A stretch of DNA of 64,000 bases. Origin: Trichoplax adhaerens. Its lineage: Eukaryota > Animalia > Placozoa. Positions 1 to 15,990 of the stretch are shown in pieces (within the stretch, counting starts at the first letter, position 1; every line of letters begins with the position of its first letter). The stretch is from contig NW_002060957.1 of NCBI RefSeq assembly GCF_000150275.1, forward strand, positions 1,042,445 through 1,106,444. Direction: 5' to 3'. Position numbers and translations under genes: made by a program. Below the pieces are notes generated by a model, which searched no databases, had not been told where the DNA came from, and saw only the letters and a list, made by a program, of their open reading frames with translations.

Positions 1-16
1 TACGCCTAAATAGTAA

Positions 17-520
17 ATGGCTTGTAGAGCAATTCTTTGTTCGCAAAGATGATTGCTGGTTAAAATAAAATCACTTGGTTTATCCTAATAGATGTAGAAA
101 TAATCAACGTGTTAATGAATGGCTTCTAGAGCAATTCTTTGCTGCCAAAGATGACTACCAGTTAAAATAAAATCACTTGGTTTATCCTAATAGATGTAGA
201 AATAATCAACGTGTAAATGAATGGCTTCTAGAGTAATTCTTTGTTCTCAAAGATGACTAGTGGTTAAAATAAAATCGCTTGATTTATCCTAATGGATGTA
301 GAAATAATCAACGTGTTAATGAATGGCTTGTAGAGTAATTCTTTGTTGTCAAAGACGACTACTAGTTAAAATAAAATCAATTGGTTTACCCTAATAGATG
401 TAGAAACAATCAACGTGTTAATGAATGTTTTCTAAAGTAATTTCTTAGTTGTCAAAGATGACTACTAGTTAAAATAAAATTACTTGATTTATCCTAACAG
501 ATTTAGAAATAATCAATGCG
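17..520. repeat. Tandem repeat, ~102-bp unit, ~5 copies
   Basis: The unit ATGGCTT(G/C)TAGAG..TTCTTTG..CAAAGATGACT..GTTAAAATAAAATCACTTGGTTTATCCTAATAGATGTAGAAATAATCAACGTGTTAATGA recurs at ~17, 119, 222, 323 and 425. Confidence 0.95.
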
Positions 521-1540
521 AAGAATTTACAAATGCGGTGACTTTACGCCTTAAAGTTAAATGAAAAGGCAAATCGCAAAAGAGACAGTTACCAGAAAGT
601 AGCAAAATATCATAAATTAATGCGAAGACTAATGTATATGGAAAGGAATAGATTCGAAAAATGGACATGGTTCATAATTTTTTACATATAGTAACAATGG
701 AACTGACTCATATGAGAGGACTAGTATGCATAATTGCATATGGAGATCTTGATTTATAAACAGTTCAATGCACCTATAAAAATTACACATAGCCCTGAGA
801 TATGAATTTAGGGCAAACCTTGACTGCATCAATTTTAGACCTCAGTATATTTTAATTAATTTCTGAAATCAATCCCTTTGCCCAGTTGTCTATTTAATCA
901 AGAGAACGAAAGCATCCTTTCACTTTATTTAAGGCGATGCAAGTGTCGATAGATTATCCTGAACTGCTATCTCTGGTCTAAAAGGCATTTAACCATTTAC
1001 ACAGCTCACTTATCACGAGCCAATTTCGATTCATTGCCTTAAACGTATGGCATTAATATGCTATAAATGACGCAAATAGCAGATAAGATAGGACTAGCAA
1101 ATCTAGCAATAATGATCGACCTGAGTTTCAATACCTTCTAGTGCTCCTACTTAGCCATAAATCAACCTTTTTAACGAGCCACTCTTGATATTAACCTTCC
1201 ACTTGAGGGAATAATTGTTTTCTAATGTAGTGATCAGCTGATTTCAAAGTGAGCTTGTCCTCAAACTACGCAAATAAAGGACATTTTGTAATTTAAAACT
1301 GTTCGATTCGATATGTAGTTTTTACTTTGTCTAAGAAAAAAGCTTTCGCAGTCTCATCAAAATAGTTTACTGTAGAAGAGTCATCAACCCCAAGCATGAA
1401 AATTGAGACGATAGTAACATATCATAAATAGCTATGATAATATTCATTTTGGATATTTGAATGCCTAATTCTAGTTTTTCCGTAGCAGTTATATTCAATG
1501 CACTAGAGTAATATTGCAATCATATTGATACTGAACCAAA

Positions 1541-3679
1541 ATGCCGGATTCCTGCTGTGTGATAGGATGCAAAAATAGAAGAATAGGAAATCGTCTGAGT
1601 TTTTATCGAATACCGAGAGCATGCACTGCCAAAGAAATTCATCGTCGTCAACTTTGGTTAAAAGCAATCAATCGATCCAATTGGTCTACCAAGAAGATTG
1701 CTAATGCTCGAATATCTAGCCAACATTTTACTACAGGTTTGTTCTCCCAGTGGAAATACTACAATATGCTCAACGCTGTACGCTGGAATAATAACCAGTA
1801 GGTCTGATCAGTTCTGACCTAATATCCGGTGTTAATTAGGGGTTGCATTATTTGGTCTTTCTACTATCTTACTAGGCACAGGTTTATCTTGTCCGTATCA
1901 TGCAGCCTAATTTTAATTGTTGATGATATACAAGGTTATATTGTAAAGGGTATCAGAAGATTTCATAACGATATCCTAACCGTATAGACTACAGTTACAT
2001 GGTCAAACTTGAAGTATCAGCTATACTCGTATAAATAAGAAATTATATCCCAAATTATATCCCACAATAGTTATGAACACGATAAAGTGGATACATGGAT
2101 TTTTTGATTACAACTAAACATCACTTTCTATCGTCGCTTAATTTAATACCGTGTTATCCATGAAATGACTAGCGATTACACTTTCAACTAAAGATATTTT
2201 GCATTATTTCGCCAATTAGATAGTACTATCTCAGCCTAAAGCCATAGAGTAAGGCAAATAACACCTTATAATATGAATTATTATAACATTCAATCTAATT
2301 CTCATTTTGAATCTAATTTATTGCTAGGGAAGAGATCAGATAATCCCGATCATCCAGATTATATTCCATCTATTTTTACATCTAATAAAGAGTTGAATAT
2401 GACCGATCATCAGGAGATTCGTCAATCTGGAGGACTGACTGCTAATTCATCAATCAATCTTGGCAAAGAAACTCACTCCGAGGTTGGAAATAGAGTAATA
2501 AAGATAATAAAAATTATTGACTTTCAAGCTGGAGTACCACAGCAGCAATACCATAGTAGACAAATCGGTGATTGATCTTTCTTACTACTACTTTAATCCA
2601 ATTGTTACATTTTCACTTCCATAAATAATGTCATTAATTTTCTTAGGTATGCAAACGGAAAATAAAATATCTCTTTCTGTAGGAGTACAAACGCAAGACA
2701 CTGATGGAGAATTGGAAACAAACTTAAAGCAAGCATATATAGAATTAAATAACAAAAACGTAATAATAAGTGAACTACGACATGAAATTTTTGAATTAAA
2801 CAGGAAATCAATCTTCTCTTGGCATTCAGTTAAATATAATTTTAAACTGTTTCGATTTCTGACTGGTTTACCCACAATTGAATCTTTTAATTGGCTGTTA
2901 GGGTTAGTTAGTAACCATGCTAAGATCATAAGAAAGACTCTAAGTTCCGAAGATCATTTATTAGCGGTATTAATGAAGCTAAAATTAGGTCTTACGAATG
3001 CTGATATTGCCTATCGTTTTGCAATTGAACCAGTATCTATTTCCTACATTTACAATCATTGGCTTCCTAAGTTAGCAACTGCTGTTGGTCAATTAATTAT
3101 CTGGCCAAATAAGGAAGCAATTGAAGAAATATGCCAGCTTGCTTTAAACGGAATTTTCCAAACTGTGTCGCGGTTATCGACTGTACAGATATTGCAATTG
3201 AAAGACCGAGTAACTTATCGGCTAAAGCTCAAACTTGGTCAAGCTATCGGCATTCGAATACAATAAAATATTTAATCGGCATCACTCCGGCAGGAGCAGT
3301 TAGTTTTTTATCGTCAGGTTGGGGTGGTAAAGTATCCGATAATGAAATTACATTACGATCTGGATTTCTGGAAAAATTAAATCAAAACGATGTTATCCTT
3401 GCTGACAAGGGATTCTTAGTGAAGAAAGAATTGGCTTTAAGAGGCGCTATATTAAAAATTCCTTCCTGCATAAGAGGTAAAAAGCAATTACCAGCAAGAG
3501 AAGTTGATCAGTCAAGGGAATTATGCCATGTTAGAATTCATGTTGAGCGTGTTATTGGTCGACTTAAAAGATTTAAACTATTACAGACTACAATACCTAT
3601 ATCACAAGTGCAGTTATTAGATCATGTTATGATTGCTGTCGCAGGAATAGTCAACATGAACCGCAGCATTATTACCTAG
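1541..3679 (+). pseudogene. THAP-HTH-DDE (HARBI1/ISL2EU-type) transposase, 3 exons, with a 1-nt frameshift at ~3129 (pseudogene or assembly error)
   Basis: Exon 1 1541-1736 (MPDSCCVIGC..FYRIP..RRQLWLKAINR..RISSQHF); exon 2 2328-2567 (KRSDNPDHPDYIPSIF, THAP C-end); exon 3 from 2647 (FRFLTGLP..LSSEDHLLAVLMKLKLGLTNADIAYRF, HTH). Both GT-AG introns are phase 1. After IIWPNKEAIEE the frame shifts into MPACFKRNFPNCVAVIDCTD..LADKGF..RIHVERVIGRLK, with the D, D and E catalytic residues intact. Confidence 0.85.
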
Positions 3680-4059
3680 ATATATACATTGATATCTATT
3701 CCATTAATGGAGTCGAATTCTTAAGCACTCTTACTTTTTACTGCAGTAAAGATTATGTATCACACAATATGAATTTTATTAACCAACTTTTTGGCAATGA
3801 ATTAATTAAGCGAAATACGCATGTAGCTATTAATATAATATAGAACGAGATGCCAGCATAACCAATATATATAAATCGGTGCTAACGCATTTATCTAGAA
3901 AAGTATATATGAAGTGAGGAGGTAGCAATAAATAACAATCATAATCAGAGATAACATTGAACAATTAATAAATTCTTATTGGAAAGAGAAATTTAATATT
4001 TTATAGTAGGGTGCACATGAAGTTGATAACCAAGGTAACAAACACTTCTTTAATTAACA

Positions 4060-4800
4060 AGATTTTCTTACTTGTTTCTATTGAACCTTTTTTGGTAAAA
4101 TAGCACTCTTTATTTACCTGATTTAAAATTATTGCAGGCATTAGCTTTTCAAGTAAAGTTCTTATTTCTTTAAATACTTATTCGACGGATTTTGCTCTCC
4201 AATATTGGCATCTTGAGTCCATATGAAAATAGTTGAAATAATTACACCCATCCACAAACTAGCAGTCATATTTGAATTGGATGTATTTGAAGGTTGATAT
4301 TCAAAGTTACGAACAACTACTTAGGAAGCAGGGATTTTCTTTCTTGCTTTAGACTTGTAATTTCTGATAAAATAGCATTCTTAAATAATAGATTTAAATT
4401 ACTGTAAGTCATGACTTTTCAATAAAGTTATCACTACTGCAAACCTTAATATTATTCCTCCAGCATTAATATTTTATATTCGTATGAAATAAATGATAAT
4501 AGTTTAATTTGTAACAGTTAAAGGTAATCCTTTAGCTTGAAGATAGATAAAGAAGGCAGCGAACACTTGTTCAATTAAGAGGATTTCCTATCTTGCTTTC
4601 GACTTACGATTTCTGGTAAAATAGCATTCTTAAACACTTGATTTAAACTAGGTAATAACTTTTCAATAAATCCATCGTTCCTCCAAACTCTTATTATAAT
4701 TTTATCTCCAGCATTGTTACCTTGTGTCCATATGAAAAAATCACAATAGTCCAACTCGCAAACTAACAGCAATCCTTGAACTTGATAAAAATATGGATGA
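4060..4800 (-). repeat. Degenerate tandem triplication (~250-270 bp period) of the 3' end of the SWIM-YqaJ gene
   Basis: 4580-4800 (GGATTTCCTATCTTGCTTT..GTAAAATAGCATTCTTAAA..GATTTAAA..CTTTTCAATAAA..CTCCAGCATT..TCCATATGAAAA) is echoed at ~4331-4556 and ~4060-4290. Confidence 0.8.
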
Positions 4801-7790
4801 TTCTCTTTCAGTAACTTGCTTTCGGATATTGGGCAATCTTTATCCTTATACCAATTAGTTAAGCCTTCCTTATATTTATAAGGGCAGATAACTTCTAAAG
4901 CACCTTTACCATGACATTCGCAATGGATAATACCATCTGGTGAGGCTGCAAATTGAGGAAATTTAGAATTGATGTGTAGACCTGTCGCTTTAAGCGTAAA
5001 ATTGCCATGACTTTTACGCATGGTAGCTAGGTAGCAATTTAACGCGCTGTCTGTCATTTGCTTACTGTAAATAACTGCTGCACCATCATATTCGAGCTTA
5101 TACTGCATTATACATTTAATTAAAGCTCTATTTGGATTATTTATGGAATGAGCAATGCGATGAAACATGGAAGCGATAATTCGACCAGCACAGTGAACCT
5201 TCCACAAAGGTGATCGCTTGGGGAAGACTGTTACTGCGCATAGCTTATCATAAGAATTTTGCGTATATAATTTTTTATATTCTTCAAAAGCCTGATAGCT
5301 TATTGTTCGAAGATCTCGAGAGTTTAATTTTGCTTTTTCTGGATCGTATAAACTTGTTATCGGCCTTGGAATAGAGCTCCAGTCATGCTGGATAATTCGA
5401 TTACCTTGCGATCCATTAGGAATGCCAAAATGGACTCTATTCGTCGTAAAACTTGTAAAAATAGCAGCATTTGGAGCAGCTACTTTTAAAGCGGTTAGCT
5501 GGATTTCTGATATACCTGCTGCACCAGCTGTTGGATCTGCGTAGCTAATATTCATTTTCGTATCTTTAACACCATCTGTATGGGTGCTGTAAGGTAGTAA
5601 ATCGCTACGCTTAGGTCTCTTAAAGCAAATCTTTTTGAGAGGTCGTGGCGATGTATGCGTTTTAGATTGATTCCAGGTACTTAATTTGCTCGACGATGTA
5701 GTTGTATGAAGTTCCAACTGAAAGTATGCTAGTAATTTGAATAAGACAGCGGCTACATGATCACATGCAGACCCTAAGCTGGTTATACAATAAGGTAAGA
5801 ATTTCAATTTTTTGGTTTAGTTCTCAACAAGGATTTACTTATCGTCGTTACATTATATCGCAAAGAATATGGGAGAGATCAATCGGAGCATGGCTATTAA
5901 CTAATTTTTTCAGCTATTTAACAGTAGCTAAAGCAATTATAAAGAATTATTTTAATATAATATGCTAAAGCTTGTATATTATAGTTTTGTGATGATGTTA
6001 GGGTCCGTGAAATTTGTATAGTTTATCGTGAAGTAATCGAGGTAAAAAAATGATATAATTATATCTTTCTAATTATGCTAGGTTGACATATCAAAATTTT
6101 ACTGTTTATAATTTATAAATGAGATCTGGCGTGGTTTAAAACCTAAAAATAAGGAATATTGGCGTGACTAAAACTGCAATTTAGTTGAAATTTTAATATT
6201 AATCTAGGTATCGTCCACAGCTTTCTTCTTCTTAGAGATTAGAATGTCTCAATATCGTCTACAGTACTAGACAAAATGACTTCATTGCATGGTAACTAGT
6301 ACAAGTTTGCACCAACTGAAGATATTTTAACTTGAAATTTATTCTAATCGCCGTATATTAATTAATTACTGACATAGCTCATGTTTTTAGTTACCCAATT
6401 TTTAGACGGATAAAAATTTATCCTTTCAGATAAAGACTTAAGACATTTTTAGATAATATGCATGGAAGTAAAGCATTACCATTCTGCAACTAGATGGACG
6501 CATATTTACATGATGAATATTTACTTGTCAATGGAATTCGATCCGATCTGGGATCGTCAAGGGCTAAATTATGTAAAAGTCTCCTATATTATTCTCCAGA
6601 AATATCATCGATATCTACGAAACAAGTGATTTACAGTATAGTTTATTCACTGTCATCGCTAGTCGAAATATTGAATATATCTAGAAAACAGTATTCTTGC
6701 TCATTTAAATAATTCTAAAATGGAACTAATCACTGCAGCTAATAATTAATTTGATTGTCGCTAATAGTGCAATGACTGAAAATGATCTTCATTTAGATCA
6801 TAAATTGAGTGAGAAATTATTCTATACCACAGTTGTCCATAGATTTAGTTAGTAATGACTGTAAGGTGGTAGCAATTGGACTAGATAAGCAGCATATATA
6901 CGGCTAATTTAGTTTAATTTCGAGTCTTTTGAAAAGGGGTTTTAAGCTTATGTCGTCACATGTTCTGGAATACAACAGACATACGATGCTGTAGGTACTG
7001 CAGTATCTACTGTCATAAATAAAGACAGAATTTATAAGTAGCGCAAACTAAGCATTTCCGACTCTGTAATAGCTTTTGAAATGAAAATTGTTTGATATTC
7101 CTAACTTTGCAAACTTTCTCGGCAGAAAGAGATAAAAATCGACTAGCAAAATTTCAATCACATTACACCTATACCTAATGTCTATTTCGAAGCACTTATT
7201 AGTATGTAGATAGTAAAACCTGATATAATTACTTACCCGGATTTACAAGTACAATTTGCAGTTAATATTGATCCTGATTTTTTGTTAGTACATATCCAGG
7301 CGTGGTAGAATTCTGCTTTTTTACCTTGCAGTGTACTGGACAGAATCTTTTTATTGATTTAAACAAATTGATGAAATTATTTATACAAAGTAAAGTAGTA
7401 TGCGTAAGCCAGGACAAAAAAGAAAACATTATACGTTAGTACCTTTGATTTCACAAAGCAGAATTGACATTCTACTTCGATGTCATGGTAATAGATGTCC
7501 TGTACATGTCCACAAAGGAAGTAACTATACGCTTTTAGAGATTTGTATGCTTTGACAGTATCTTGCGTAAATTCACTTGTAGTATCTACAAGGTATTTAT
7601 AGATATCAAGCCATGCTACATTAGGTAGCAGGTTGATATCGCGTTTCCAATTCTTTAAGGTAAAAGGATCAGGCAGACGTTCCTCCTTACTTGGAGTTAA
7701 TTTCCGATCATATTGAAACTGTTGACTTATGTCCAAGGATTGATAATAAGAAGATAAGTTAGAGGTAGCTACATCGATAGTACCTGCCAT
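4575..7790 (-). CDS. SWIM zinc finger + YqaJ/lambda-exonuclease-like protein, 553 aa, 3 exons (7790-7443, 7346-7237, 5778-4575)
   Basis: GT-AG junctions give one open frame of 1662 nt. The SWIM motif spans the exon 2/3 junction (ANCTCKSG|LGSACDHVAAVLF). YqaJ motifs: GRIIASMF, GLHINSKFPQFAASPDG, LEVICPY, YFYQVQG..CDFFIWT. The N-terminus has KAYKSLKAYSYFLCGHV, typical of these transposon ORF2 proteins. Confidence 0.88.
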
Positions 7791-9900
7791 TATAGTATTG
7801 ATTTGAGAAATGGGAAAGTATCTTGGCCACGTAATAGTAAATGTAAAACACGACCTTGATATTGTACACGCATCAGTACTTTTGCCCTATCCGAATGAAA
7901 TTATTTTGCTGAGATATTAGATTTTAACGCATTCATATTCCTGCGATTTGCAATTGTTATTTGTTAATTATTGATTTCAATTAATCTTAATATAATTAGA
8001 TGGGGAAATTTTGCGATAAACGCGATTACTCATTAGTTAGTGATTGTATACTAGTCACATGCACTGTAACAAGTGTTAGAATATAGAAAGTTGCCAGAAT
8101 TTAAAACCGCAATATTTTTTTGAGCAGACTTTATTATCAATATCATTACAGTAATGTCCTCCCCTGAGCCATGCCAGGTTCAATTCGATTTTATTGTGAC
8201 ATTGCTACTCTATTCGGAATGGTGCAAAGTCAACTAGCTGCAAGTAAATCATAATAATTAATTAGTCCTTAATCACATCATCCACTGTATTTCTAATTAA
8301 TTCTTTATAGATAGTCTACAAAATGGAAAAAAATTGTAGAAGAGATTCATCTAGTTTTGCAATAAAATGCAGCCGTGTAAAATTCCGGTTAATAGTGATT
8401 TTACACGTTTGAGCTCGATTCACCAATCAGCGACATAAAATAGAACTTTACCTCTAGGCATATTTTATTATCTTATACTATTTCTCCCTAAATAGAAATA
8501 GAGAGATCGATCAAGTTTGTAAGGATGTACTATAATATTTCCCTTTTTGTTTTTGTATATAAGTGATAAATTTACGTTCGCTTGAAATATTAGCAAGATT
8601 ACGCGTATGAGCCTATGAGGTCTAATCATATTGGGAATTTCAATCTCATATGTTTAACTTTTGTCTGTTGCCTTCCTATTAACTTGGAAAATGATCCATC
8701 TAAAGACATCGTTCTCTTTTCCTGTCATTGTCCATAAGCAAACTGTACGAATAAATTAATACGAGTTTAAAATACAGTTATATTATGATTTCTAACTCGC
8801 TAATCGAGAATAATAAAATTATTAATATATAGAGAGTGGCACTTGCATTGGGTTCTATTGGTTCTTTATTAATTAATTATCAACGTATTCACAGATTTTA
8901 TATGAACTGGTCAATTAAGTGATTAATGTTTACAGCGTTGTAATAAAGTTCTAAGATTTATTACCCGAATGGTTACTTGGGGCTGGATATAATACATTGG
9001 TTTATTAATTAATGTGGAATTACAACAGTGATCTGTTATAATTACTAAATTAGCGACAATAAATAATAAGGATTTTAAAATGTTATTGGTTTTAATTTAT
9101 TAATTTACAGTATTTCTAGATTGGTGCAGTTTATCACCTGTATTCATATCATGGCTATGCTACCATAGACAACTAAATTGCATCTAGAAGTCCGTGGTAC
9201 TACCCGTTGGTTCCGTCGTTCGTTATCTGAGTAACTGTACAGAGCAGCAATTGGATTGTATCCATTAGTGGATCATGTTGATCTGCTGTTGGTGGAAGAT
9301 GAGTATCCAATAGGCGGATATGATATAGTTATTGCTGTCAGTGAATTCTGTATTGATGAAGTCAATAACCTGTAAGTTCATGTTTACCGGGTAAAGGGTA
9401 TCGTGAAAAGTAGCGCTTTCCTCTCCAACTACTCTGCCACCCAAAGTATTGTGTCGATTCGGCGTTGGAGTAGATTACAATGATTCACTGTCTATGTTTA
9501 ACCGTAAATCATTCTCTCCGTATCTCGCTTAGTGGCTTGACCTAGCATTTTTACTTTTAGTACAGTTGTCTCTATACTGCCTTACAGCTCTGCCTGTTTA
9601 TTAGGCCACAGTCCCTTTGTAACTTACTGCTACTATGTATAACATATCCATATTGCTGAAAGTAGTCTATAGGTTCAAAAATTCTGATAGTCTATCAGCA
9701 TCTCTATGAAGAAAAGGAACAATTATCCCTATTTCAGCTGTCCTTCAACCGAAATTCGATTGCCTATCACCACCTTCTACACTTTTAATAAGCGCTTGTA
9801 CAAACAGGAAGGTAGAAAAAACTGCGGGCTGCTGTTTACCAAGACGACCACTTCTATCTTCCCTGATGAAGTGGACGTGTCCAATGTCCAACGTCCATAG

Positions 9901-10021
9901 TACAGTACTTTACTGTACAGTGTACAGTACACAGTACACTGGCGTGTGAGCTACCGCATTTTGCTTAATCATACAGTACTGTAAGACAAACAGTACGCGT
10001 ACAACGATACACAGTACAGTC
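9901..10021. promoter_or_regulatory. TACAGTA/TACTGTA motif cluster upstream of ATE1
   Basis: TACAGTACTTTACTGTACAGTGTACAGTACACAGTACAC...ATACAGTACTGTA..ACAGTAC..ACAGTACAGT lies ~470-580 bp 5' of the ATE1 ATG. A regulatory role is inferred from position only. Confidence 0.4.
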
Positions 10022-10125
10022 CAAGTCTGCATTTTAAATTTTCACTTACGTCATTCTACAGTCAGATTCAACGCAGCCGGGTCACTCTGGTAGGGCTTGG
10101 TACTGTAACAAATTTGAGCGTAGAG

Positions 10126-10222
10126 GATTGACAGCGTTTCTATGCGTTTCTATACAGTTTTATATGGGAATGATTGACAGCGTTTCTATGCGTTTGTAGA
10201 GAGTTTTGTATGGGAATGATTG
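10126..10222. repeat. 46-bp tandem duplication in the ATE1 upstream region
   Basis: GATTGACAGCGTTTCTATGCGTTT(C/G)TA.A.AGTTTT(A/G)TATGGGAAT occurs twice, followed by GATTG. Confidence 0.85.
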
Positions 10223-10484
10223 CTCATCATTGGGCACTCCACAATATCATACGCAACTGTACTCAGTGTACTACCGTACTTTGCACTGCAAACTACGATA
10301 CAATGTCCTGTACTTGCATGGGTATATGGACATTATCTGGCAGCTCCTTAAACCGGTAGTAGAATTCCTTCAGACCATAAGAATCTTACCACCAGGGTTG
10401 TGAAAAAAAAAAAAATTGTTTTTACTGTTCGTTGTCTCAATTTGAACAGAACTTGAGCAGCCTCGACGAGTCAAGATTATCGCC

Positions 10485-15990
<5,506 letters not shown>

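Larger units (their letters stand above)
1541..7790. mobile_element. ISL2EU/IS4EU-like (PIF/Harbinger-related) DNA-transposon-derived two-gene module, convergent orientation; ends not established
   Basis: A THAP + HTH + DDE_Tnp_4-type transposase lies tail-to-tail with a SWIM + YqaJ (lambda-exonuclease) gene, the two-protein content described for ISL2EU/IS4EU elements. No convincing long TIRs were found by eye. Confidence 0.8.

Noticed and set aside
17-520. Repeat arrays (also 27600-28494 and 38040-38581) as CRISPR-like arrays
   Set aside because: Whole units repeat with no unique spacers, the context is eukaryotic, and no cas genes are present.
8170-8190. GGTTCAATTC as a tRNA T-loop / Pol III B box
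   Set aside because: No cloverleaf or A box is recognisable.
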